This document shows, one piece after another, positions 10,065 to 19,091 of a stretch of DNA of 64,000 nt. Origin of the DNA: an uncultured Bdellovibrionales bacterium (lineage in GTDB: Bacteria > Myxococcota > XYA12-FULL-58-9 > JALHOP01). The stretch spans positions 639,754 through 703,753 of the forward strand of contig CAZAER010000001.1 of assembly GCA_964484195.1 (NCBI GenBank). The letters are read 5' to 3'. The notes under the pieces were generated by a model, which saw only the letters and a list, made by a program, of their open reading frames with translations, was not told the DNA's origin and made no database searches. The translations under genes and the position numbers were made by a program. The first letter of the stretch is position 1, and every line of letters starts with the position of its first letter.

Positions 10065-11009
10065 GTGCGTGCTAGCTTTCGCACGCCCATGAGGTCGCTC
10101 CGCGTCATCACGCTTGCCGCACTCGCAGCCGCTGGTTGCAGCCCTGGCCCCGTGCCCGCGCCGCCCTCGCCTTCGCCGGACACGACCGCCGCGGTGCCAG
10201 CCGCGGATGCCGATGCCGCCAACGCTGGCGCCGGAGCACCGCTCGATCTCGACGCCCAAGCGCGCGCCGCCTGGGCCGGACGCACCGACCGCGCCTCGCT
10301 CGGCCGCGCCATCGATTGCTGGCTGCGCCTGTCGGAATCACGCCCGGACGATCCGCAGCCCCTACTCGCCTTGTCGCGCGCCTACGTCACGCTCGCGGAC
10401 TTTCACCTGCGTGCTCCAGCGGACATGGCGCAGCGGGCTGACGCGCTCGAGCGCGCCATCGACACGGCGGAACGGGGCTTGCTCGCGAGCTCACCCGCGT
10501 TCGCCGCGGCCGTGAAGCGCGGTGTCAGCATCGAGGAAGCGGTGAAGTCCGTCGAGGCCGACAAGATGGACGCGCTCGCGGTCTACGGCACGAGCCTCGC
10601 GCACTACGGCATCGACAAGGGCTTCACAGCGCTCCTCATGTATCGCGGCCGCCTCGTCGCGGCGATGCAGCGCGTACTCGAGGTCGCACCCAAAACGGAG
10701 CACGCCGCCGCCGACCGTGAGCTCGGCACCTTCTTCGCTCGGGTTCCGGGCTTCGCCGGAGGCGACCTCAATCGCTCCCGCGAGCACTTCGACAAGGCAT
10801 TGACGCTTGCGCCCGAGACCCTGACGACGAAGCTGCGCTACGCCGAGACCTACGCCATCGAAGCCAAAAATCGCGAGCTGTTCGCCCGCCTCTTGAGCGA
10901 GGTCAAAGCCGCCGATGCCGGTGAGCCCGAGCTCGCGCCCGACAATCTCTTGGCAAAGCGACGGGCCGACTTGCTGGCGGCGTCGATCGATGATCTGTTC
11001 GCGCGATGA
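10065..11009 (+). CDS. TPR-like lipoprotein, possibly TatT-like
   Basis: Lipobox LAALAAAGCS. Helical repeat composition. Its stop overlaps the next gene's start (ATGA). Confidence 0.55.
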   Translation: MRASFRTPMRSLRVITLAALAAAGCSPGPVPAPPSPSPDTTAAVPAADADAANAGAGAPLDLDAQARAAWAGRTDRASLGRAIDCWLRLSESRPDDPQPLLALSRAYVTLADFHLRAPADMAQRADALERAIDTAERGLLASSPAFAAAVKRGVSIEEAVKSVEADKMDALAVYGTSLAHYGIDKGFTALLMYRGRLVAAMQRVLEVAPKTEHAAADRELGTFFARVPGFAGGDLNRSREHFDKALTLAPETLTTKLRYAETYAIEAKNRELFARLLSEVKAADAGEPELAPDNLLAKRRADLLAASIDDLFAR

Positions 11010-11848
11010 GCGCCAATCGCACCCAGCTCACCCTCACCTCCGACGACGGCACCCAGCTCTTCGCCCAGCGCTGGTCTCCGTTGGGGGAGCCGCGCGCCGC
11101 CCTGCTCGTGGTTCATGGCTATGCCGAGCATGGCGAACGCTATCGCGAGCTGGGCCTCACCCTCGCCGAGCGCGGCATCGATACGCTGGCGGTCGACCTG
11201 CGCGGGCACGGACGGTCGGCCGGTCAGCGCGGCTTCGTCGACCGCTTTAGCGAGTACCACGCCGACGCCGACGCGGCTCTCGCGGCGATGACGGCGGCGC
11301 ACGCGGGTCGCGGCTTGCCCCGTTTCGTCCTTGCTCACAGCAACGGCGGCCTCGTCGCGCTCGATTGGATATCGACACGCAAGCCCGACATCCGCGGGTT
11401 GGTCCTCTCGAACCCATTCCTCGAGGTCGCCTTCAAGGTGCCGAAGCTCAAGCTCGGCGTCGGCCACCTAGCGGCACGGCTGGCCCCGCGCATCGCGTTA
11501 CCCTCGGGTATTCCGCCGGAAGGCTTGTCGCACGAGTCCGCTATCGTCGACGCCTATCGCCGCGACCCGATGATCTATTCGACGGTCACGGCCGGCTACT
11601 TCCGCGCTTCGCGCGAGGCTCAAGCCCGTGTCCGCGCCCTTCGCCGGCTCGACGTGGCGCTGCTGTACGCCTACAGCGATGCCGACCCCGTCGCCTCCCC
11701 CCAGGCCAACGCGGCGCTCGCGCAAGCGCTCGACAGCCCCGACAAGACTGTCATCGTGCGCACCGGCGAATTTCACGAGATCCTGAACGAAACCAATCGC
11801 GCCGAGCTCATGGCCAGGGTCGGCGACTGGGTTCTCGCCCACGCCTAG
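11006..11848 (+). CDS. alpha/beta hydrolase of the lysophospholipase/monoacylglycerol lipase family
   Basis: HG oxyanion motif (LLVVHGYAEH) and nucleophile elbow AHSNGG (GxSxG). Confidence 0.75.
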   Translation: MSANRTQLTLTSDDGTQLFAQRWSPLGEPRAALLVVHGYAEHGERYRELGLTLAERGIDTLAVDLRGHGRSAGQRGFVDRFSEYHADADAALAAMTAAHAGRGLPRFVLAHSNGGLVALDWISTRKPDIRGLVLSNPFLEVAFKVPKLKLGVGHLAARLAPRIALPSGIPPEGLSHESAIVDAYRRDPMIYSTVTAGYFRASREAQARVRALRRLDVALLYAYSDADPVASPQANAALAQALDSPDKTVIVRTGEFHEILNETNRAELMARVGDWVLAHA

Positions 11849-11928
11849 GGCGACTCCGCGCCTCGCAATGCCATTATGGCGTTCGAGTCGCGCGCATCAC
11901 GGGCCAAACGCGACCCTTCGGCGAGAAG

Positions 11929-12333
11929 CTAATGTTTCTCGCCGAAGAGCAAGACGTCCATCGACTCTTGATCGGCGGGCGTGAAGTCGAACTTGTCGAA
12001 GTCGCCTGAGCGGACCCACTGCATGTCGCGCACCGAACCTTTGCGCGGCGCGAGCGGTCCCAGGCTGCACTCGTAGAGCTTCAGCTCGACCACGTAGTCG
12101 TCGTACTCGTGGATGGTCGTCGAGATCAGGGCGCCGACATCGGGCGTGATACCCAGACGCTCGCGCAGCTCACGCCGCAACGCCGCGTCTTCGTATTCGC
12201 CTTCTTCGACTTTGCCGCCAGGGAACTCCCACTTGAGCGGCAACACGGCGCGCTCGGTCCGCTGGGTGATGAGATACTTGCCGTCTTTGCAGATGGCGGC
12301 ACTCACCACGCGAATGCGACGTTTCTCGACCAT
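11929..12333 (-). CDS. NUDIX hydrolase, MutT-like
   Basis: Nudix box GGKVEEGEYEDAALRRELRERLG. Confidence 0.8.
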   Translation of the reverse strand: MVEKRRIRVVSAAICKDGKYLITQRTERAVLPLKWEFPGGKVEEGEYEDAALRRELRERLGITPDVGALISTTIHEYDDYVVELKLYECSLGPLAPRKGSVRDMQWVRSGDFDKFDFTPADQESMDVLLFGEKH

Positions 12334-12398
12334 TGGCGGCGTAGCCTACTGAAAGCCGCGGGCGTTTTCCACCCACTTCGTGGCATGAGACGGGCTGC

Positions 12399-13160
12399 AT
12401 GAGCTCGAGGCGTTCCGAAATTCTGCCCACCGCCGTTCTCGCGGGGTGCGCTGCCATGGCGATAGGCCTCGCAGTCGCCATTGTCGCGGTCGTGGCGGGT
12501 GAGAGCATCGCCTTCGTGTTCGGCGATCACCGCGTTTCGGTGGACGTTTTGGCGCTGTGCCGCGGCACCCTGAGTGTGAGCCTCGTCGCGCTGGCAGTGG
12601 GCTTGCCCTTGGGGCTCGCAACGGCTGTGACCCTGCGTGAGCTTGCCTCACCGGCCCTGCGTCTTGCGATCCGCCCCTGGCTGGCCTTGTTCGCGACCAT
12701 GCCTCCCATCGTCTTCGCGTATTTCGCCATCACCATGCAGCGGGCCATCCACTCACCGCATGTCCCCGCGCTCGCCCTGGGACTGTTGCTCGCGCCTTTC
12801 GTGGCACGTGTCTTCGACACGGCTCTGCGCAATGCGCCGGAAGGCATGCGCGACGCTGCGCTGGCGCTAGGGGCCACGCGGCTCGAAGCCTGGCTGCACA
12901 TCTTGCTTCCCGCTTCCGCGCGCGCCATGGCGAGCGCCGTCCTGCTGACTCTGGTGCGGGCCATCGGCGAGAGCGTGGTCATTGCTCTCGCGGTGCCGAG
13001 TGGCCCCACGACTCTCGCGGCCGAGCCATTGCGGGCCGCGCTCGGTCGCGGGCCGGCATTGAGTCAGCAAGATGTCTTCGTGGTCGGCGGACTTCTCGTC
13101 GCCATGACCCTCGTGCTGCATCGCCTGGCGATGCGCCTCTATCCGCGGGAGCGGACATGA
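12399..13160 (+). CDS. pstC: phosphate ABC transporter permease PstC
   Basis: Polytopic membrane protein carrying the EAA-loop motif EGMRDAALALGATRLE. Sits upstream of pstA, pstB and phoU. Confidence 0.75.
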   Translation: MSSRRSEILPTAVLAGCAAMAIGLAVAIVAVVAGESIAFVFGDHRVSVDVLALCRGTLSVSLVALAVGLPLGLATAVTLRELASPALRLAIRPWLALFATMPPIVFAYFAITMQRAIHSPHVPALALGLLLAPFVARVFDTALRNAPEGMRDAALALGATRLEAWLHILLPASARAMASAVLLTLVRAIGESVVIALAVPSGPTTLAAEPLRAALGRGPALSQQDVFVVGGLLVAMTLVLHRLAMRLYPRERT

Positions 13161-13999
13161 GCGACGCGCTCGCGAGCTCTCCGGTCCGCGACCAGCGCCG
13201 TCGCGTCGGCAATATCGTGCTGGCGGCGTGCGTTGCGGTCGGCGGTCTCACGTTGCTCGCCCTGCTCGCGGTCGTGATTTGGGCCATTGGCCAGGGCCTC
13301 GCGGATATCGGCGGCACACTCGGCCGCCGTGACGACGCTTCCGACGCCTTCATCGCTGCGTTCACCGGCAGCATCATGGTGTCGCTGGTTGCGACCATCG
13401 GCTCGGTCGCCATCGGCATCGGGGGAGCGATCTACGTAAGCGAGGCCATGAATCGGCCGCGCCTCACGCGCCTGTTCTTCGGCGCGGTCCAGAGCCTGGC
13501 TTCGCTCCCCTCGGTCATCTTCGGTCTCGTCGGCATGCGCCTGGTCAGCGGCCTCCCCCAGCTGCCAGCCTTCGTCGCCGCGACTCTGACGCTCTCCATC
13601 CTCGCCATGCCGCGCATCATGCTGACCACGCGCGACGCCTTGCTGCAGGTACCCGATGCAATGCGAGCGGCATCGTATGCACTTGGCGCGACGCGGCTAC
13701 AGACTGTCCGCGATCACATATTGCCACTCGCCATGCGCGGCATCGCGGGCGGCGTGCTCACCACCATGGCGCGCACCTTCGGCGCGACCGCCCCACTGGT
13801 CATGCTCGGTCTGGTCACGAGCGGCGAGGACGCCTGGCCCACCTTGCCGGATGCGGCCATGCGAGCGGTGGTCAGCGGCGGCAAGAGCAGCGCCGAGATT
13901 GCCGGCGCGGCGGTCGCGGTCGTCGTGATGGTCCACGTCGCGGCTACGCTGTGGGCGGGGACCCTGCAGCGACGCTTTCAGCGGGAGCCGTGGGCATAA
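13157..13999 (+). CDS. pstA: phosphate ABC transporter permease PstA
   Basis: EAA-loop DAMRAASYALGATRLQ. ATGA overlap with pstC. Confidence 0.75.
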   Translation: MSDALASSPVRDQRRRVGNIVLAACVAVGGLTLLALLAVVIWAIGQGLADIGGTLGRRDDASDAFIAAFTGSIMVSLVATIGSVAIGIGGAIYVSEAMNRPRLTRLFFGAVQSLASLPSVIFGLVGMRLVSGLPQLPAFVAATLTLSILAMPRIMLTTRDALLQVPDAMRAASYALGATRLQTVRDHILPLAMRGIAGGVLTTMARTFGATAPLVMLGLVTSGEDAWPTLPDAAMRAVVSGGKSSAEIAGAAVAVVVMVHVAATLWAGTLQRRFQREPWA

Positions 14000-14453
14000 C
14001 GTAGCGTTGGCCGAGCGCGTCGAGCGCGCTGGCCGCCCCATCCGTCATCGGCCTGCCGCTATTGCGGATGACGTCGACCACCGCCGCCGCGAGCGCGGGG
14101 CGTTCCACCGCAGGAAGCATCACGATGGCGCGGCCGGCGTCCCTGACGTCGTAGAATTCCATGCCGCCAAACGCGCCGATGTGCATCGCGGCGACCCAAC
14201 AACCCGTCATCTCGTATGCGCCGGGAACGAGCCGACTGTAGCGCTGTGCGACGGTGCGCGTGTACTTCCCACCAAGACCGTGGGTCATCCGGCCGTGGCT
14301 CGCGCGGGTCTCGTCGCCGAGAGCCCGGGCCGAGGCGATCTCCCGTTGCGCCTGCGCGACGGTCGCTACCGGAGCAAGCTCGCGACCAACGGTCGAGGGA
14401 AGGTCGACGAGCACCAACGGCCGCGCATCCGCGGGAGCCAGCGCCGTCCGCAT
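13944..14453 (-). CDS. hypothetical protein encoded antisense between pstA and pstB
   Basis: ORF from MRTALAP... with protein-like composition (...HIGAFGGMEFYDV...). Its start overlaps the stop of the upstream small gene. This could still be a high-GC artefact. Confidence 0.3.
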   Translation of the reverse strand: MRTALAPADARPLVLVDLPSTVGRELAPVATVAQAQREIASARALGDETRASHGRMTHGLGGKYTRTVAQRYSRLVPGAYEMTGCWVAAMHIGAFGGMEFYDVRDAGRAIVMLPAVERPALAAAVVDVIRNSGRPMTDGAASALDALGQRYVMPTAPAESVAAGSPPTA

Positions 14454-14749
14454 CACGAGTGGCCGCTGAAGCGGCGCCCAAGCTGGACCGTCAGGAGGCC
14501 GAGCCCCGGCAAGAGATTGGTGCCGATGGCGACTCCCGCCCCGAGGAGGTACGGCGCGACGCCTTCCCAACCGGTGTTCTGGGCAACGACGCAGGCAGCG
14601 ACGCCGCCGGCAATGCCCACGACCGTCGCGGCGACCTGCATGCCGATGAGCTGGGAGGCGCTGGGCAGCCCAGGAACCCGAGCTGGAGGGGTCGCCGCGG
14701 TCGGGGGGACTGGCGTCGCCACAGGGGGCTTCGTCAAGGGGCTAACCAT
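14453..14749 (-). CDS. small glycine-zipper membrane protein, hypothetical
   Basis: MVSPLTKPPVATPVPP... followed by GxxxG-rich hydrophobic segments (VVGIAGGVAACVV, GAGVAIG). Confidence 0.35.
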   Translation of the reverse strand: MVSPLTKPPVATPVPPTAATPPARVPGLPSASQLIGMQVAATVVGIAGGVAACVVAQNTGWEGVAPYLLGAGVAIGTNLLPGLGLLTVQLGRRFSGHS

Positions 14750-14823
14750 CGCAGGCCTTATCGGCAGGCGGACCGCTGAGGTGCACACTGGATGCTTGCC
14801 TCCCAGGCACCCGCCGCCCATCA

Positions 14824-15611
14824 TGCCCTCCCTGTCGATGCCCGAGCCCAGATCCACGAGCGCCGTCCTCGAAGCCCGTCACATGACGGTGCACTATGGT
14901 CCCAAGCTCGCCCTTCGCGACGTCAGCATCTACACCCCCGAGAAGACGGTGACCGCGGTGATGGGCCCCGTGAGCAGCGGCAAAACGACGCTATTGCGGA
15001 CATTCAACCGGCTCATCGATCTCGCACCCGGCGCCCGCGTCAGCGGCAGTGTCGCTTATCGCGGCCGCGAGCTGTATGGCCCTGGCGTCGATGCCGGCGA
15101 AGTGCGCCGGCGCATCGGCATGGTCTTCCGCACGCCGACGCCGTTCCCCCGCTCGATCGGCGCCAACGTCGCATGGGGCGCTCAGGTCAATGGCATCGCC
15201 GGGCCGCAAGACATCGACGGCCTGGTGGAGAGCTCGCTGACGCGCGCCGGCCTCTGGCGGGACGTCAAAGACCGCCTCAACGACTCGCCCGGTGTGCTGA
15301 CGCTGGGCCAGCAACAGCGCCTGTGCATCGCGCGCGCCCTCGCGATGCAGCCCGACGTCCTCCTCCTCGACGAGCCCTGCGCCGAGCTCGACCCCGCGTC
15401 GAGCGCCCGCATCGAAGACCTCATCGTCGAGCTCAAGGAGACCTGCACCATCGTCGTTGTCGCCGAGACCATGCAGCAGGCCGCGCGCATCTCGGACGTC
15501 GCCGCCTTGTTGCTCGAAGGCGAGCTCGTCGAGGTTGGCGAGACCAAGACGTTCTTCACGCGCCCGCGCGACAAGCGCACCGAAGAATACGTCACCGGCC
15601 GCTTCGGCTGA
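14824..15611 (+). CDS. pstB: phosphate import ATP-binding protein PstB
   Basis: Walker A GPVSSGKTT, ABC signature LSGGQQQRL-like (LTLGQQQRLCIARAL), Walker B LLLDEP. The track shows a 534-aa ORF, but its N-terminal half is antisense artefact, so the start is set at MPSLSMPEP. Confidence 0.85.
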
Positions 15612-15649
15612 CGATTGAAGAACCGGCCCCATCGTGAAATGACGGCCCC

Positions 15650-16303
15650 ATGACGAAACACCTCGAGCGCGACCTCGCTCACCTGAAGCGCGAGCTGCTC
15701 AGCCTCGGCGCCCTCGTCGAAGAGGCCACCAACAAGGCGATCACCGCGCTCGTGAACCGCCGCGCCGACGTCGCCGATGAGGTCCGCAATGGCGATGATC
15801 TCATCGACAGCCGCGAGCTCGAGATCGAAGAGGAGTGTTTGAAGCTCCTCGCGCTCTATCAGCCGATGGCCACGGACCTGCGCTTCATCGTCGCGGTCAT
15901 GAAGGTCAACAACGACCTCGAGCGCATGGGCGACCTCGCGGTGAACATCGCCGACCGCGCCTGGGACATGGCGATGGCGCAACCGGTGGTGCCACCGGGC
16001 GACTTGCTCACGATGGCCGAGCGCGTCCGCGCCATGGTGCGCGAGAGCTTGGACGCGTTGGTGAACCGCGACTGCGAGCTGGCACGCAAGGTCGTCCGCG
16101 ATGACGAAGACGTCGACGACATGCACAAGCGCATGTTCAAGTTCCTCGAGGAGCTGATGATGAAAGACGCGTCGTCGGTGCCGCTCGGCGTGCACACGCT
16201 GTCGGCGTCACGTCACCTCGAGCGCATCGCCGACCTCGCGACGAACATCGCCGAAGACGTGGTGTTCATGGTCGAGGGCGAAGTGATCCGCCACACGCGC
16301 TAA
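15650..16303 (+). CDS. phoU: phosphate transport system regulator PhoU
   Basis: Two PhoU repeats. Typical N-terminus MTKHLERDLAHLKRELLSLG. Confidence 0.85.
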   Translation: MTKHLERDLAHLKRELLSLGALVEEATNKAITALVNRRADVADEVRNGDDLIDSRELEIEEECLKLLALYQPMATDLRFIVAVMKVNNDLERMGDLAVNIADRAWDMAMAQPVVPPGDLLTMAERVRAMVRESLDALVNRDCELARKVVRDDEDVDDMHKRMFKFLEELMMKDASSVPLGVHTLSASRHLERIADLATNIAEDVVFMVEGEVIRHTR

Positions 16304-16305
16304 GG

Positions 16306-16420
16306 AAAAAGGTGGCAGTCACCATTTTCCGGCGGTCTTAAAAAATGGTGACAGTCACCATTTTCGGGCGGTTTCGACTGGCGGTTGCTGACTCGAAAAA
16401 TGGTGACTGTCCCCATTTTT
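16306..16420. terminator. array of three tandem palindromes AAAA(A)TGGTGAC-N-GTCACCATTTT, probably bidirectional intrinsic terminators
   Basis: Copy 1 at 16306-16327 (imperfect), copy 2 at 16341-16364 (perfect 11-bp arms), copy 3 at 16396-16420 (one mismatch). Each copy is flanked by A-runs on the 5' side and T-runs on the 3' side. The array lies between the convergent genes phoU and the bamB-like gene. Confidence 0.5.
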
Positions 16421-17629
16421 CTAGCTACGCGGCGCCCCGACTCGTCGCATGACGACGACGTCTCCGAGGCTCGAGATCAGCGCCAGGTGATCGCCCGCGA
16501 GCACCGGCTCGCTCGCCACGATGCCGCCCATCGCCGTCGCCTGCAGCGGCTTGCCGTTCTTGGCGTCGAACACCAACAGCAGCGATTCGCCGCCGGTCAT
16601 GATCACGGCATCGCCCGCGACGATGGGGCGCGACGGCGGGCCGATGGGCAAGCGTGCCCGGAACAACAGGTCACCGGTCGCGGAGCTCAAGCCCCAAAAC
16701 CAACCGTCGGCGCTGGCGGCGAGCAAAGTGTCGCCGTGGGCTCCGAGTGAGGTGACCGCTGTAGCGGCCTTGGTCCACGCCGTCGTACCGTCGCGCGACT
16801 CGAGCGCGTAGATGCCGTCGGAGTACGACGCGACGAAGACGCGGCCGTTGATGACCACCGGGTCGGCGTCGCTGTCGATGAAGTCGCCGCCACGTAGCGA
16901 CAGCGGGCGTGACCACATGCCGCGTCCGTCTTCCAGCGCGTACGCTTCAGCGTACCCGTCGGAGAACGCCGCGAAGACGATGCCGTCTTGCTCGTAGGCT
17001 CGGGCGTGGCCCAACACGGTGAGGCCCGTCGGCGCTGGGCGACCGCGCGTCCAGCGCACCGCGCCCGTTGCGGGGTCGAGCACGTAGACCTTGTTGGTCG
17101 AGGTCGTGACCAGCAGCTCGCTGCCGATGCGCCGGGGCGGCGAGCGCATGTCGCCGTCGATCGGGATCTCCCAGCGGAGCTTGCCGGTGCCAACCTCGAA
17201 CGCGAGGAGCTTGCCGTCACGCCCGCCGAGGAGCGCGAGCTCCATGCCGCGAACGCCGCTGGTGCCGAGATCGACGATGTTCGCCGCGGTCTCGAAAGGC
17301 GCGCCGTGGCGGTGGCGCCACACTTCGTTGCCGTTGCGCAGGTCGAGCGCCAGCACGAACCCTTCCCCGGTGCCGACGATGACGCGCTCGTGGCGCTCGG
17401 AGATCGCGGGTCTGCCGAAGCTCGCGGTGATGTCGCGGTTCAAGCCGGTGCGCACCAGCGACTTCCGCCAGCGCGTCTCGAAGACGACGCCCTTCCCTGC
17501 CTCGACCGACTTCCCCTTGTGCGGCGACAAGAGCTGCGCGTCGGGCTCGGCCGGCGAGAACGAGGCCGCGAAAGCGGCGCTCGCCGTCGTGACCGCTGCG
17601 ACGGACACTACGAACAGAGCTCGCGACAC
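16421..17629 (-). CDS. bamB: PQQ-like beta-propeller protein, BamB-like
   Basis: Signal peptide. Repeated propeller blade motifs (G..V.ALD...G..VW). Lies immediately downstream of a YfgM-like TPR gene, as in yfgM-bamB operons. Confidence 0.7.
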   Translation of the reverse strand: MSRALFVVSVAAVTTASAAFAASFSPAEPDAQLLSPHKGKSVEAGKGVVFETRWRKSLVRTGLNRDITASFGRPAISERHERVIVGTGEGFVLALDLRNGNEVWRHRHGAPFETAANIVDLGTSGVRGMELALLGGRDGKLLAFEVGTGKLRWEIPIDGDMRSPPRRIGSELLVTTSTNKVYVLDPATGAVRWTRGRPAPTGLTVLGHARAYEQDGIVFAAFSDGYAEAYALEDGRGMWSRPLSLRGGDFIDSDADPVVINGRVFVASYSDGIYALESRDGTTAWTKAATAVTSLGAHGDTLLAASADGWFWGLSSATGDLLFRARLPIGPPSRPIVAGDAVIMTGGESLLLVFDAKNGKPLQATAMGGIVASEPVLAGDHLALISSLGDVVVMRRVGAPRS

Positions 17630-17632
17630 GCT

Positions 17633-18478
17633 CTAGTCCGCCTTGGTCGTCGGGGTCGTGTTCGTGAGATCAGCGCTCGCGGGCGACGGCATGTCCTTGG
17701 TCGCCGTGTCGGCGGGGACGACGCCCATGGCCATCAACATATCCCCGGCCTCGGTGCCGACGGGCTTGTTGGGATGATCGGCCTTGAGCTTCTCGAGACG
17801 GGTGCGCGCCTTGGCGGTGTCACCCGTGGCGAGCTCGATGCGCGCCGCTTGGAGCGAAGCGCGGTCGGCGTAGAAAGCGTCACCCTTCAAGGTCTCGAGC
17901 GTCTTGAGCGCCGCGGCGTTGTCACCACGCGACTCCTGCAAGAACGCCAGGCGCTCGACCACGAGGAAGCGCAGCGAATCATCGGCCGGCACGTCGGCGA
18001 GCAGGCTTGCGAGCTCTTTTTCGGCCGCTTCTTTCTCACCAACCTTGGCGGTCAGGTCAGCGACCATGAAGCGCGACAGCAACGCCGACTTTCCACGCGC
18101 CTCGGACGCGGCTGCGCGGAACGCGTCGCGCGCGGCGAGGTCACGGTCCTTGTCGTTCGCGAACACCGGCGGGTCAGCCGATGGATTGGCGGTCTCGGTG
18201 CTGTCTGCCGGCAAGACCTTGGAGGCCATGAGCTTGGTGGCCTTGGCGAACGCCTGAGCGTTCGACTCCGCTTTGGTCGCCATCACGCTGTCGACGATGA
18301 CGCCGACGACGATCGCGGCAAACAGCACGACGGCGCCAATGACCAGCGGCTTCTTGTTGGCGTTGGCCCACTCGACGCTGCCCTCGGCGGCGGTCGTGAA
18401 GGCGTCCTCGCGCTTCAAGAGGTCCTTGCGGGACTGGTTTTCGCTGTCTTTCTTCTTACCAACCGACAAACGTGCCAC
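17633..18478 (-). CDS. membrane-anchored TPR protein, YfgM-like
   Basis: N-terminal transmembrane helix PLVIGAVVLFAAIVVGVIV followed by an Ala-rich helical repeat region. Confidence 0.6.
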   Translation of the reverse strand: MARLSVGKKKDSENQSRKDLLKREDAFTTAAEGSVEWANANKKPLVIGAVVLFAAIVVGVIVDSVMATKAESNAQAFAKATKLMASKVLPADSTETANPSADPPVFANDKDRDLAARDAFRAAASEARGKSALLSRFMVADLTAKVGEKEAAEKELASLLADVPADDSLRFLVVERLAFLQESRGDNAAALKTLETLKGDAFYADRASLQAARIELATGDTAKARTRLEKLKADHPNKPVGTEAGDMLMAMGVVPADTATKDMPSPASADLTNTTPTTKAD

Positions 18479-18527
18479 GACGAATCTCCGCTAGGCCTGA
18501 TGTCGGCGCTTCGTATACTCCCAGGGC

Positions 18528-19061
18528 GTGTCTCGTCGAGACCTATCAGTGCTTCTGGCGTGCTTGGCGATGATCTTGCCGGGAACCGCCCATGCCGGGC
18601 TCGGGGACCTGCGCCTGGCCCTCGAGGGCGGGGTCGCCGGCCTCCATGAAGGTGGGGTCACCAACTGGGCGCCTCTCGGGGGCGGCGGCTCCATTGCCGT
18701 GGGCCTCATCGAGCGCCTCCAGCTCACCGCCAACTACGATCACAAGGAGTTCGTGAACCGCGACCCCACCCTCATGGCCAGAGCCCTAGGAGTCGGTGGC
18801 CGCTACGATATCGACGTACTTTGGCTCACGCCCTTCCTTGAGCTTGGCGTCGGGAACGTGTACTTGAGGGCCGCGAACGGAGGCACCTACGGACCTACGT
18901 GGGACCTCTTTTTCGGAATCGGCGCTGATGTCCGCATCACCCGCTGGTTCTTCGCCGGGATCGTCTTTCGTTATTACTCGGTCGGTGGAACCGACCTTTT
19001 TACGAATCCGGCGTACTCGACGATTAACGCTCGGCTGGGCTTCATGCTCGGCGGCGACTAG
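18528..19061 (+). CDS. outer-membrane beta-barrel protein of the OmpW/OmpA-like porin family
   Basis: Signal peptide. Alternating hydrophobic beta-strand pattern. Paralogous to the gene at 27991..28548. Confidence 0.6.
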   Translation: MSRRDLSVLLACLAMILPGTAHAGLGDLRLALEGGVAGLHEGGVTNWAPLGGGGSIAVGLIERLQLTANYDHKEFVNRDPTLMARALGVGGRYDIDVLWLTPFLELGVGNVYLRAANGGTYGPTWDLFFGIGADVRITRWFFAGIVFRYYSVGGTDLFTNPAYSTINARLGFMLGGD

Positions 19062-19091
19062 ACCGAACGACTCCAACCAAACGAAGTTAGC

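Noticed and set aside
14007-15611. A single 534-aa ORF spanning the pstA-pstB spacer and pstB
   Set aside because: Only the C-terminal roughly 262 aa match PstB. The N-terminal half is Arg/Pro-rich and is antisense to better-looking minus-strand ORFs. The start was reset to 14824.
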